Part shown: in pieces, positions 9,482 to 19,146 of the stretch
Numbering within the stretch: the stretch's first letter is position 1
Layout: each line of letters starts with the position of its first letter
DNA from: Chloroflexota bacterium
GTDB lineage: Bacteria; Chloroflexota; UBA11872; UBA12225
DNA length: 64,000 nt
Reading direction: 5' to 3'
NCBI GenBank assembly: GCA_030447525.1
Contig: JAUJOR010000016.1
Location: 6,785 to 70,784 of the forward strand
Notes under the pieces: model-generated
What the model was told of the DNA's origin: nothing
Database searches by the model: none
Seen by the model: only the letters and a program-made list of their open reading frames with translations
Translations under genes and position numbers: made by a program

Positions 9482-10745
9482 CCCGTCTGACCTCTCGCTG
9501 GGGCCGGGCGCGTCCACAGGCGCGCCCGGCCCGGCGTTGCCAACTGCCCTGCTCATCGCCGAGCCGGCGCCCGGGCAGGACATAACCCCCTCGGCGGGGG
9601 ACGCCGTCCTCAGGCCGATCATCGACCTCCCCCTGCAGGAACTACGGCAGACTGTGGCCGGCATGGGGGAGCCGGAATACCGCGCCGTGCAAGTGGCGAG
9701 TTGGCTCTACCGCAGCACGGCCACCAGCTTTGGCGAGATGACCAACGTCCCCAAGGGCCTGCGCCAGGCCCTGAGCGAGCGCTTCCGCTTTTCTGCCCTC
9801 GCCATCAAGGAAGAGCGTATCGCGGCCGACGGGGAGACGCGCAAAGTGGTGCTCCAGCTGCCGGACGGGGAGCAGATCGAAAGCGTGCTGATGCGCTATC
9901 CCCAGCGCTCGGATGGTACGGGGGCAGACCGGGCGACGGTCTGCGTCAGCACCCAGGTAGGCTGCCCGGTGAAGTGCGCCTTCTGCGCCACCGGTCTGAT
10001 GGGCTTCGGGCGCAATCTCACCTCCGGCGAGATCCTGGAGCAGGCGCTGTACTTCTTGCGCTGGTCTCGCCGGCACCCGCCGGTGGTGCGTAACGTGGTA
10101 TTCATGGGCATGGGCGAGCCAATGCTGAACTACGACGCCACGATGGCTGCCGTGGAGCGCCTCGTCCACCCCGCTGGCGCCGGGCTAGGCGTACACCGGC
10201 TTACGGTGTCTACCTCCGGCTGGCTCCCGGGTATCACCCGCCTGACGCACGACCCCCTGGCCGTACGCCTGGCCGTATCGCTTCATGCCCCCAACGATGC
10301 GCTGCGGGATCAGCTGGTGCCCCTGAACCGCCGCTACCCCGTCGCCGATCTGATGGCGGCCTGTCGCGAGTACCAGGGAGTCACCGGGCGACGTGTGACC
10401 TTCGAGTACACCTTGCTGGCCGGCGTGAACGACTCTCCCGGACTGGCCCTGGAGCTGGTGGCGCTCTTGAAGGGGCTGGACGCCCACGTGAACCTGATCC
10501 CCATGAACCCGGTCAGCGACCTCCCCTTTGCCCCATCCCCGTGGCCGGTGGTGGAGACCTTTCACGACGTCTTGCGCGAGCGCGGCATCATCTGCACCGT
10601 GCGACGGGAGATGGGGCGAGACATCCAGGCGGCCTGCGGGCAGCTGCGCGCCGAGGTTGAGCGCCGGGAGCGCCGCCCCGGTAGCCGCGGCGCCCGCCGT
10701 GGGGTGGAGGCCCCGAGCATTGCCGGTGTCGCCAGCCACGGATAG
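9471..10745 (+). CDS. rlmN: 23S rRNA m2A2503 / tRNA radical SAM methyltransferase
   Basis: CVSTQVGCPVKCAFC, MGMGEP, SLHA, DIQAACGQL; start uncertain. Confidence 0.95.
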   Translation: MRTSPSDLSLGPGASTGAPGPALPTALLIAEPAPGQDITPSAGDAVLRPIIDLPLQELRQTVAGMGEPEYRAVQVASWLYRSTATSFGEMTNVPKGLRQALSERFRFSALAIKEERIAADGETRKVVLQLPDGEQIESVLMRYPQRSDGTGADRATVCVSTQVGCPVKCAFCATGLMGFGRNLTSGEILEQALYFLRWSRRHPPVVRNVVFMGMGEPMLNYDATMAAVERLVHPAGAGLGVHRLTVSTSGWLPGITRLTHDPLAVRLAVSLHAPNDALRDQLVPLNRRYPVADLMAACREYQGVTGRRVTFEYTLLAGVNDSPGLALELVALLKGLDAHVNLIPMNPVSDLPFAPSPWPVVETFHDVLRERGIICTVRREMGRDIQAACGQLRAEVERRERRPGSRGARRGVEAPSIAGVASHG

Positions 10746-11418
10746 CGCGGTCAGGATCGCCCCCTCTATTCTCGCCGCCGACTTCTCCGCCCTGGACCGG
10801 GCGGTACGCCAGGCGACGGCGGCCGGGGCCGACGCGATTCACGTGGACGTCATGGACGGCTGCTTTGTCCCGGAGATCTCTTTCGGCCGGGGCATGGTGG
10901 AAGCCCTTCGAGGGCACACCCATCTGCCGATGGACGTGCACTTGATGGTGGCTGACCCGCAACGGCACATCGCCCCCTTCGCTCGCTCCGGGGCCAGCGC
11001 CATCACCGTGCACGCGGAGGCCTTTGGCGAGACGGGGCTGTTACGCGCCGCCCTGCAGGAGATCAAAGGGGCCGGGGCTAGCGCCGGCGTCGCCCTCAAG
11101 CCGGCGACGCCGGTGTCAGCCATCGACGGCGTCTGGGACTCCCTTGACCGTATCCTGGTAATGACGGTGGAGCCGGGGTACGCCGGGCAGCCATTCCTCG
11201 AGGGGATGGTGCCCAAGATCGCGACCGTCGTTGCCGAGGGGCGCCGGCGCCAGCGAGAGGTTGTGATCGGCGTTGACGGCGGGATAGACGAGGGCAATGC
11301 CCGGGTCTGTGTGGGGGCCGGGGCGACGTGGCTCGTCGCCGGCTCGTCAGTCTATAGCTCCCGCCGGCCGGTGATCGAAGGGATGCAGGCCCTACGAAGG
11401 GCCCTGGGCCAGACCTGA
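10726..11418 (+). CDS. rpe: Ribulose-phosphate 3-epimerase
   Basis: IAPSILAADF, HVDVMDG, DVHLMV, MTVEPGY, VDGGI; in-frame GTG at 10726. Confidence 0.95.
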   Translation: MSPATDSAVRIAPSILAADFSALDRAVRQATAAGADAIHVDVMDGCFVPEISFGRGMVEALRGHTHLPMDVHLMVADPQRHIAPFARSGASAITVHAEAFGETGLLRAALQEIKGAGASAGVALKPATPVSAIDGVWDSLDRILVMTVEPGYAGQPFLEGMVPKIATVVAEGRRRQREVVIGVDGGIDEGNARVCVGAGATWLVAGSSVYSSRRPVIEGMQALRRALGQT

Positions 11419-11501
11419 GCTCGGCCCGGGCAAGGGGGCCTTGGGCAAAGAGCACGCTCTCGCTGTAGGGAGAGCCGGCATCGGCCCGACCGGGTATCGG
11501 A

Positions 11502-11726
11502 TCAGGCCGGCTTGGGGGTCTTCGAGCGGGTGCGCAAGCAGCGGGTACAGATGTGTATCTTGGTCGCCAGCCCATCGACCATAATGGTGGCGTTACGTAT
11601 GTTGGCCTTGAACGTCCGGCTGGTCTTGTGTGCCCTCAGCAACCATCCTTGAGACACGTTACTGCGGATGTTGCGGCCGGTAACGGTGCCTTTTCCACAT
11701 ACTTCACATCGGGTGGCCACGATCAA
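11502..11726 (-). CDS. rpmB: 50S ribosomal protein L28 (Zn-ribbon type)
   Basis: CEVCGK...GRN...TSRTFKANI...ICTRCLR; divergent from the DAK2 gene as is typical; true start may be 2 codons later. Confidence 0.9.
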   Translation of the reverse strand: MIVATRCEVCGKGTVTGRNIRSNVSQGWLLRAHKTSRTFKANIRNATIMVDGLATKIHICTRCLRTRSKTPKPA

Positions 11727-11843
11727 ACCTTTCCAGGCGCGCTCGATGCGCCGTCACTCCCAGGGCGTAGGGGCACCCTGTGCTATGCTACATCCAGTTC
11801 TTGATTATCCGGCGGCGCCCGACAAGGGACGGCAGCGGCGTGC

Positions 11844-13652
11844 ATGGCGCCAAGGGGCCGTGAGATTCGGGTGGCCCACCGCCGATCCCTAAGTCTACCA
11901 AAGATGCCACGCAGCACTGAAGCCCCGGATGCCGGCGCGGTTGTCAGACCGGAGGGGCAGGGACTGGCGCTAGACGGCAACGACTTCCGCCGCCTGCTGC
12001 GATCAGGGACGGCGTGGCTTGAGCGAAACGCGGCGGCGGTGGACGCCTTGAACGTGTTTCCGGTACCGGACGGCGACACCGGCACCAATATGCTGCTGAC
12101 GATGCGGGCCGCTCTGGAAGGGGCGCTCAAGCCGAAGGGCGGCGGTGCGGCGCAGGTAATGAAGGCGGCGAGCCAGGGTGCCGTTATGGGCGCTCGGGGC
12201 AACTCCGGCGTCATCCTCTCCCAGATCATAGCCGGCATCGCTCGCGGCCTCGGCGAGCGGACGACGTGTGACGGACAATCGCTGGCCGGCGCCCTGGCCG
12301 AGGGGGCGGCCACGGCATACCGCGCCGTCTCCCGCCCGGTGGAAGGGACGATCCTGACCGTTGCTCGGGCTGCCGGTGAAGGGGCGGTCGCCGCCGCGGG
12401 ACAAGTCGCCGCCGGGGCGGAGACTTCCTGCTTGAATGTCCTCGACCGTGCCGTCGCCGCCGCCCAGGACGCCGTGCGGCGGACGCCGGAGCAGCTCCCC
12501 ATCCTCCGGCAAGCCGGGGTCGTCGACGCCGGGGGCGAAGGGTACCGCGTCATCCTGGAGGGTATGGCCCTGGCCCTAGCCGGACGGGACTTGCCGGAGA
12601 TGCCGGCCGCCTCTACTCCCACGGCGCCGGACGCGGCAAGGCCGCCGGCGGCCGTGGGCGACGCCGCGCCCGTACCAGGCGAGGAATGGGGCTACTGCAC
12701 GCAGTTTGTGATCCAGGGGAACCGGCTGGATGTGCTTGCGTTGCGACGCGAGCTGCAGGAGATCGCCGAGTCCGCCCTCGTCGTCGGCGACGAGTCCCTG
12801 GTGCGTGTGCACGGCCATACGGAAGACCCCGGGCAACTGCTCTCCTACGCCGTGCGCCATGGCCGGCTGGAGCGCGTCTCCATCGAGGATATGGACGCCC
12901 AGCATGATGCCTGGCTGCGGTCCCAGGTGGAAGCCAGGGCTCCCGATCCCGGCACTGAAGTGTTCACCGCTGCGCCCGGGGCGGCCATGGCCCAGGCCAC
13001 CGTGGCCGTCGCTCCCGGAGCGGGGCTGGCGGCCGTGTTCCGCAGCCTCGGCGTCGGGGAGGTCGTCCCTGGGGGGCAAACAATGAACCCCAGTACAAAC
13101 GACATCCTGGAAGCCGCCGGGCGAACCGGAGCGAGCAGCGTGTTGGTGCTCCCGAACAACAGCCGAATCCTGCTGGCCGCCCAGCAAGCGGCTGCGGTGG
13201 CGGCTGAGCGCGGGCAGCAGCTTCTGGTCGTTCCAACGCGCACCATCCCCCAGGGAGTGGCCGCGCAGCTGGCTTTCGACCTCGCGGCTACCCCGGAAGC
13301 GAACGCCGGGGCCATGGCCGAAGCGGCCGCCCGCGTCCGTACGGTGGAAGTGACGCGGGCGACGCGCTCGGTCACGATCAACGAGATCGCCGTCGTCGAA
13401 GGGGACTACCTGGCGCTCCTGGACGACGTCGTCGTCCACGCCGCGGCCGATCCTCTGACGTCTGCGATGGCGGCCCTCGATCAAGCCGGGGCTGAGCGCG
13501 CTGAGATCATCACGGTCTACCGTGGTGAGTCGCCCGGCGAGGCAGAGGCGCAGGCCTACGTTCGCGCCCTGCGGCAGCGCTACCCGTCTGCCGAGATCGA
13601 GCTGGTCTACGGCGGCCAGCCGCACTATGACTACTCCATCTCGGTGGAGTAG
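11844..13652 (+). CDS. DAK2-domain protein (fatty acid kinase FakA/YloV family)
   Basis: LNVFPVPDGDTGTNM, GARGNSGVILSQ, VVDAGG, YCTQF, GGQTMNPS, GGQPHY; start uncertain. Confidence 0.95.
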   Translation: MAPRGREIRVAHRRSLSLPKMPRSTEAPDAGAVVRPEGQGLALDGNDFRRLLRSGTAWLERNAAAVDALNVFPVPDGDTGTNMLLTMRAALEGALKPKGGGAAQVMKAASQGAVMGARGNSGVILSQIIAGIARGLGERTTCDGQSLAGALAEGAATAYRAVSRPVEGTILTVARAAGEGAVAAAGQVAAGAETSCLNVLDRAVAAAQDAVRRTPEQLPILRQAGVVDAGGEGYRVILEGMALALAGRDLPEMPAASTPTAPDAARPPAAVGDAAPVPGEEWGYCTQFVIQGNRLDVLALRRELQEIAESALVVGDESLVRVHGHTEDPGQLLSYAVRHGRLERVSIEDMDAQHDAWLRSQVEARAPDPGTEVFTAAPGAAMAQATVAVAPGAGLAAVFRSLGVGEVVPGGQTMNPSTNDILEAAGRTGASSVLVLPNNSRILLAAQQAAAVAAERGQQLLVVPTRTIPQGVAAQLAFDLAATPEANAGAMAEAAARVRTVEVTRATRSVTINEIAVVEGDYLALLDDVVVHAAADPLTSAMAALDQAGAERAEIITVYRGESPGEAEAQAYVRALRQRYPSAEIELVYGGQPHYDYSISVE

Positions 13653-13696
13653 GACATCTCCGTCGCCGGGCCGCGGCGGCCTATACTCTAGAACGG

Positions 13697-16198
13697 ATGG
13701 TCGCAACGTCGCCGGCCGAGTCGCCGGCCGGGCTACAGAAAGCGGTGCGAGAACGCCTGCGAAAAGTGTTGCTCCACGAGCAGCGCACGGGGTGTCTTGA
13801 CCGGGCGGCCGTCGGGGGCCTGGAGCGCTTTGTCCAGCAGCTCAGGTCGGCCGCCGATGGCCCCGCCACCTGCTGGTGGATGGGAGTGCCCGAGACGCTG
13901 CACGAATACGGCAGCAAATCTCCTGAGACGCGCCGCCGGCTGGTCGTCCGCGTCCTGGCGCAGCTCGAGGAGGTCGACGCCGTGCCGGCGGCTCCCTCAA
14001 GACCCTCGCCAGCCGCCGGTGCGGGCAAGCTCCAGGGAACTCGCCAGGAGGTGTCCGACGTGGAACGGCCGCCGGTTGCGGCCAAACCATCACCGTCGGT
14101 GACCGCGGGGAAGACCCCCAGCCCGGCGCCCCGGGCTGTTCTGACGCTCTCGCCACAGGCCCCCGTGGGGAGCCTTTCGGGGGTGGGCCCCAAGGCGGTG
14201 GTGGCGTTGGGGCGCCTGGGTATCCACAGCATCAAGGATCTGCTGTATCACTTCCCCCGCCGGCACCTCGACCGGCGCAGCGTCACGGCCATCGCCGATC
14301 TTGCGCCCGGCGTCGAGGCGACCGTCTGCGGCACCGTGTGGCAGGTGCAGACGAAGCGCTCGCCGGTGCAGGGGCTCACCGTCACCGACGCCGTGATCCA
14401 GGACGAGAGCGGCGCCCTTCACGCCGTATGGTTCAACCAGCCGTACCTCGCCCGAACGCTCTCCCGGCCCGGGCGCGTGGTGCTTAGCGGTAAGGTAGAG
14501 ATCGCCGCCGATGGCGCGGTACAGCTCGCCTCTCCCGAGCTGGAGTTCGACTCCAACGACCTGTTGCATACCGGACGGCTGGTGCCGTTCTACGGGAAGA
14601 CGGAGGGCCTATCGGACAAGCAGATCCGTACCTGGGTGCGCCTGGCCCTGGGGGCCACCAGCGGCCAGCTGCGCGAGCCCCTACCAGCAGACGTGCTCCA
14701 GGATTCCGGGCTCCCGGGGCTGGCTGAGGCCCTGTCGCAGGCCCATTTCCCGGACGACGACGCAGCGCTGGCCGGGGCGCGGCGCCGGCTGGCCTTTGAC
14801 GAATTCTTGCTCATCCAGCTGGGGGTGCTCCGCCGGCGGCGGGAGTGGCGTGAGAGCGAGCCGGGAGTGGCCATGCCCGCCGGCCCCCGGGTGCTGCAAG
14901 AGTACTTTGATCTGCTCCCCTTTGAGCTCACCGCCGCGCAACGGCGCGTCATCGATGAGATCCTGGTGGACATGGCCCAGGCCCTTCCGATGAGCCGGCT
15001 GCTGCAGGGGGATGTCGGATCAGGGAAGACGGTCGTTGCGGCGGCGGCCTGTCTGGTAGCCGTGCGCAGTGGGTACCAGGCGGCCTTGATGGCCCCCACG
15101 GAGGTACTGGCACAGCAGCACCACCGCACCGTTGCCCGTCTGCTTGCTCCCTTCGGGCTTAGCGTCGAGCTGGTCAGCGGCAGCCTGCGCCGGGGGGAAA
15201 AGGGGCGGGTGTGGGCGGCCTGCGCCGCCGGGGAGATCGACGTCCTCGTGGGGACGCACGCCCTGATCCAGGAGGACGGGTCGTTCAAGTCGCTGGGCCT
15301 GGCGGTGGTCGACGAGCAGCACCGCTTCGGCGTACGCCAGCGCGGGGCCCTGCGGCGCAAAGGGTATCACCCTGACCTGTTGGTGATGACGGCGACCCCC
15401 ATTCCTCGTACGCTGGCCTTATCGGTGTATGGCGACCTAGACGTCTCGGTGATCGACGCTTTGCCCCCTGGCAGACGCGCGATCAAGACCTTTCCCGTCT
15501 CACCGGACAACCGGCACAGCGCGTACGACTTCCTGCGCAAGCAGGTACGCGGCGGACGCCAGGGGTTCATCATCTGCCCCTTGATCGAAGAGTCGGACAA
15601 GATCGAGGCCCGAGCCGCCAAGGCAGAGCACGAGCGCCTGCAGCGTCAGTTCACCGACCTGCGCCTGGCGCTGCTCCACGGCAAAATGTCCCCCAAAGAA
15701 AAGGACGCCGTGATGATGGCCTTCCGTGACGGCTTCGTCGACGTCCTTGTCTCCACCGCAGTGGTGGAGGTGGGGATCGACGTCCCCAACGCCACGGTGA
15801 TGTTGATCGAAGGCGCCGAGCGCTTCGGCCTGTCTCAGCTTCATCAGTTCCGGGGGCGGGTAGGGCGTGGGGAGCACCAGAGCTACTGTCTGCTCCTCTC
15901 AGACAGCCCAGGGGCAGAAGACAACCCCCGTTTGCGGGCGGTGGTGGAAAACCAGGATGGATTCGCCCTGGCCGAGGAGGACCTCAAGCTCCGCGGTCCC
16001 GGGGAGTTCTTCGGCACGCGCCAGAGCGGCCTTCCCGACCTCAAGGTAGCCAAGCTCTCCGACGTGACCGTCCTGGAAGCGGCGCGGCGCCAGGCCCGGC
16101 GCATCGATGAACGCGACCCCACGCTGGCCCTCCCGGAGCACGCCCTGCTCAAGTCCCTGGTCGACGCGTTCTGGCGGAGCGCCGAAGAAGCGGCCTGA
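13697..16198 (+). CDS. recG: ATP-dependent DNA helicase RecG
   Basis: LLQGDVGSGKT, APTEVLA, DEQHRFG, MTATPIPRT, HQFRGRVGR, EDLKLRGPGEFFGTRQSG. Confidence 0.97.
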   Translation: MVATSPAESPAGLQKAVRERLRKVLLHEQRTGCLDRAAVGGLERFVQQLRSAADGPATCWWMGVPETLHEYGSKSPETRRRLVVRVLAQLEEVDAVPAAPSRPSPAAGAGKLQGTRQEVSDVERPPVAAKPSPSVTAGKTPSPAPRAVLTLSPQAPVGSLSGVGPKAVVALGRLGIHSIKDLLYHFPRRHLDRRSVTAIADLAPGVEATVCGTVWQVQTKRSPVQGLTVTDAVIQDESGALHAVWFNQPYLARTLSRPGRVVLSGKVEIAADGAVQLASPELEFDSNDLLHTGRLVPFYGKTEGLSDKQIRTWVRLALGATSGQLREPLPADVLQDSGLPGLAEALSQAHFPDDDAALAGARRRLAFDEFLLIQLGVLRRRREWRESEPGVAMPAGPRVLQEYFDLLPFELTAAQRRVIDEILVDMAQALPMSRLLQGDVGSGKTVVAAAACLVAVRSGYQAALMAPTEVLAQQHHRTVARLLAPFGLSVELVSGSLRRGEKGRVWAACAAGEIDVLVGTHALIQEDGSFKSLGLAVVDEQHRFGVRQRGALRRKGYHPDLLVMTATPIPRTLALSVYGDLDVSVIDALPPGRRAIKTFPVSPDNRHSAYDFLRKQVRGGRQGFIICPLIEESDKIEARAAKAEHERLQRQFTDLRLALLHGKMSPKEKDAVMMAFRDGFVDVLVSTAVVEVGIDVPNATVMLIEGAERFGLSQLHQFRGRVGRGEHQSYCLLLSDSPGAEDNPRLRAVVENQDGFALAEEDLKLRGPGEFFGTRQSGLPDLKVAKLSDVTVLEAARRQARRIDERDPTLALPEHALLKSLVDAFWRSAEEAA

Positions 16199-16770
16199 TG
16201 CGGGTCATCGCCGGCGAGGCGCGGGGCGTGCCCCTGCTGGCGCCTGCCGGCCATGGGACGCGCCCCACCTCGGATCGGACCAAAGAATCGATCTTCTCCG
16301 CCTTGGGTGACCTGGGCTGCCAGGGACGTGTGCTCGACCTCTTCGCCGGCTCCGGGGCCCTGGGGATCGAGGCCCTGAGCCGCGGGGCGGTAGCCTGTGA
16401 CTTCGTCGAGTCGTCGGCCACCGCCTGCCGGACGATCGCGGCCAATCTGGCGAAGACGAGGCTGTCGCACCTGGGCCGCATTCACCGGCTGCCGGTGGCC
16501 CGCTATCTGGTCATGGCCGGGAAAGCGGGGGCCATCAAGCCGGCCGGGTGCGGGCCCTTTGACCTGATCCTCATGGATCCACCTTATGCCTTGGAAGGGC
16601 TGGATGCCCTCCTGCGTGACCTGGCTGCTGGCTCCCTGGTGGGGCCGCAGACGGCCCTGCTGGTAGAGCACGACCGGCAGCGGACGCTCCCTGCCAGGGT
16701 GGGGGACCTGGAGCAACTCAAGGCGCGGGCGCTCGGAGACAGCGCCTTCACCCTCTATCGGGCCACGTAG
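16198..16770 (+). CDS. rsmD: 16S rRNA m2G966 methyltransferase
   Basis: MRVIAGEARG, RPTSDR, LDLFAGSGALGIEALSRG, DPPY. Confidence 0.95.
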   Translation: MRVIAGEARGVPLLAPAGHGTRPTSDRTKESIFSALGDLGCQGRVLDLFAGSGALGIEALSRGAVACDFVESSATACRTIAANLAKTRLSHLGRIHRLPVARYLVMAGKAGAIKPAGCGPFDLILMDPPYALEGLDALLRDLAAGSLVGPQTALLVEHDRQRTLPARVGDLEQLKARALGDSAFTLYRAT

Positions 16771-16794
16771 CGGACTGCCGTATACTAGGCAGTC

Positions 16795-17409
16795 GTGCCG
16801 CCAGAGAGCAAGCGGGGGCGGATCGCCGTTTTCCCGGCGACGTTTGATCCGCCGACGAACGGGCACCTGGAGATCGCGCGAAAAGCGTCGCGCCTCTTCG
16901 ACCAGGTCGTCGTCGCCGTGTATGCAACGCCCAACAAGCAGACCATCTTTAGCGCCGAGGAGCGCCAGGCGCTGGTGGAGGCGGCCGTAACGGAGTGGGG
17001 CCTGACCAACGTCCGTGTGCGCTCCTTCGGCAGCCGGCTGGTGGTTGACGTGGCCCGCGAAGAAGGGGCGGTGGCCCTGGTGAAGGGCCTGCGCGCCGTG
17101 TCCGACTTTGACTACGAGTTCCAGATGGCGCACATGAACGAGCAACTGGCCCCGGAGATCGTGACTGTGGCCGTGCTCGCCAGCGCCGAGGCCAGCTTTC
17201 TCAGCTCCACGTTGGTGCGCGAGGTCGCTCGCCTCGGCGGCGACGTCGGCAAGTGGGTGCCGGCGGGGGCGGCGGCCGCCCTGCGCCAGCGCTTCGGGGC
17301 GCCGTCGGTCGTGCCCCGGGACACGGGCGCTGCCGGGACGGTGCCGGACGCTGAAGGGGGCGCAGATCGTATCGGGGGGTTCGTCGTCCAAGATGAGGGC
17401 GTGCGGTGA
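16795..17409 (+). CDS. coaD: Pantetheine-phosphate adenylyltransferase
   Basis: FPATFDPPTNGH, KGLRAVSDFDYE, LSSTLVREVA. Confidence 0.95.
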   Translation: MPPESKRGRIAVFPATFDPPTNGHLEIARKASRLFDQVVVAVYATPNKQTIFSAEERQALVEAAVTEWGLTNVRVRSFGSRLVVDVAREEGAVALVKGLRAVSDFDYEFQMAHMNEQLAPEIVTVAVLASAEASFLSSTLVREVARLGGDVGKWVPAGAAAALRQRFGAPSVVPRDTGAAGTVPDAEGGADRIGGFVVQDEGVR

Positions 17410-17933
17410 CCGCTGAAGGGGAGGTGAAGCCCATCGATATCCTATACCTGGTAGATCGCCTGGAGACCGCGCTGAACACCGGGCAGCGCGTGCCCTTCAC
17501 CAACAAGATCATGGTGGACGAGCGGGAGTGTCTGGACATTGTCGACCAGATGCGCATCGTCGTACCGGAGGAGATCAAGCAGGCGCGAAGGGTCAGCCAA
17601 GATCGCGACCGCATCACCGGTCAAGCCCAGGAAGAGGCCGACCGAATCATGAGCCGGGCTCAGGAACAGGCCGAGCGCCTGATGGACGACCGGGGACTGC
17701 TCGACCGCGCCCGTGAGCGGGAGCGAGAGATCGTGGAGGAGGCCGAGCTGCAAGCCCAGCAAGTCCGCGAAGAAGCCGACCAGTACGCCTTTCAGATCCT
17801 GGACGACCTGAACCGGCGCCTGGGACCGATCCTGAGCCAGGTGCAGGCGGGGATCGACGCCTTGCGCCCGCAATCAGCCCCCGCCCCGTCGCGCATTGTA
17901 GAGACCCGCCCGGCCGTCTCCGACGACGACTGA
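17406..17933 (+). CDS. Coiled-coil protein, SepIVA/DivIVA-related family
   Basis: DILYLVDRLE...VPFTNKIMVD...PEEIKQA followed by a long coiled coil; lies in the conserved position between coaD and yceD. Confidence 0.75.
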   Translation: MTAEGEVKPIDILYLVDRLETALNTGQRVPFTNKIMVDERECLDIVDQMRIVVPEEIKQARRVSQDRDRITGQAQEEADRIMSRAQEQAERLMDDRGLLDRAREREREIVEEAELQAQQVREEADQYAFQILDDLNRRLGPILSQVQAGIDALRPQSAPAPSRIVETRPAVSDDD

Positions 17934-18010
17934 CGCCTGGCCATGTCCCGGGGGCGGTGAACGCCTCCTACCCTGCTCTCCTCGTTAGAATGATGACAGG
18001 AGGCAAATAC

Positions 18011-18562
18011 ATGAACGCCTTGCGTTTGAACGTGGCTGGCCTGCTGAAGGAGCAGTCTGGAGCGGCGCGCGATTACACCGTCCAGGTAGCGCCAGAGGAG
18101 CTGGCTGGCATGCTCGAGGATGCCCGGCCGGCTGCGCCACTCGAAGGCGACCTACGTTTGATGCGGGCCCCACGGAGCATCTTCGTCCGCGGGCAGCTGG
18201 GCACCGACGTCAACATCGAATGCAGCCGGTGCCTCGCCGAGGTGGAAACACCGGTGGAGCTGGAGCTCGAGGCAGAGTACTTCCCGCAGATCGACATCTC
18301 CAGCGGAGCCCCTCTCCCGGCCCCGGATGACGACCTGGCATTCACCATCGATGGGAACCACGAGCTTGATCTCTCCGAGATCGTGCGCCAGAGCCTGTTG
18401 CTGGCCTTGCCGATGCACGCCCTGTGCGCTGAGGCGTGCCGCGGGTTGTGCCCGGATTGCGGTGCCAATCTCAATCAGGGCCTGTGTACCTGCGAGCCCG
18501 AACCGGCAGACGAACGCTTGACGCCCCTACGCGCCCTGTTGCAGGGGCGGACGGGGTCCTGA
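18011..18562 (+). CDS. YceD/DUF177 family protein
   Basis: CSRCL, LCAEACRGLCPDCGANLN, DERLTPL; SD GGAGG before ATG 18011; upstream of rpmF. Confidence 0.92.
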   Translation: MNALRLNVAGLLKEQSGAARDYTVQVAPEELAGMLEDARPAAPLEGDLRLMRAPRSIFVRGQLGTDVNIECSRCLAEVETPVELELEAEYFPQIDISSGAPLPAPDDDLAFTIDGNHELDLSEIVRQSLLLALPMHALCAEACRGLCPDCGANLNQGLCTCEPEPADERLTPLRALLQGRTGS

Positions 18563-18632
18563 CCGCGCCTCAGCACGCTCGCGTCTCGAGGCCCGAGGTC
18601 ACCGCTCTGGCCGGGCATCGGGACGTAAGGGG

Positions 18633-18801
18633 CAGGGCCTTTTCATCAGAGCCGCTCCTGGGGCACCGCCCGCGGCGCGGTCATGCCGAGCCCGGCGAGG
18701 CATCCGGGCCGCCGGTCCACGGACGGTGGGACGACTCGCTGATCCCTCGCTGCGCTGGGGATGACCCGGACCCACCGCCCACCGCTGATGGAAAGGCCCT
18801 G
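18633..18801. mobile_element. 169-bp MITE, copy 2, ISAs1-like ends
   Basis: TIRs CAGGGCCTTTTCATCAG / CTGATGGAAAGGCCCTG; 9-bp direct repeat CGTAAGGGG at 18624-18632 and 18802-18810. Confidence 0.9.
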
Positions 18802-18878
18802 CGTAAGGGGAAAGGGGACCTGACTCCGTCCCCCCAAAGCTGCTATCCTGTTCCGGTTGCCATCTGGAGGATCTTGAA

Positions 18879-19073
18879 GTGGGCGCCCTACCAAAAAAGA
18901 AGATCTCGCGGCGCCGGCGTGACAATCGCCGCGGCCACATCCGGCTGAATCCGCCGGTCCTTGTTCAATGCCCAAACTGCCGACGGCCGACCGTCGGCTA
19001 TCAGGCCTGCCCGCATTGTGGTCAGTATCGCGGCCGTCAGGTGCTGCCGATCGAGACCGCCGCCGGCGGGTGA
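18879..19073 (+). CDS. rpmF: 50S ribosomal protein L32
   Basis: MGALPKKKISRRRRDNRR...CPNC...CPHCGQYRGR; SD GGAGG. Confidence 0.96.
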   Translation: MGALPKKKISRRRRDNRRGHIRLNPPVLVQCPNCRRPTVGYQACPHCGQYRGRQVLPIETAAGG

Positions 19074-19146
19074 CCATCTCTGTCAGGCCGCCAATACCCA
19101 CGGAGGTGGCTTCGGTACGTCTTGAGCCGTCCGGGGCGGGGGGTGT

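Noticed and set aside
15883-17391. Long antisense ORFs (this one and e.g. 30136-31476, 44580-46061, 60722-62107)
   Set aside because: Shadow ORFs expected opposite real genes in high-GC DNA; no motifs
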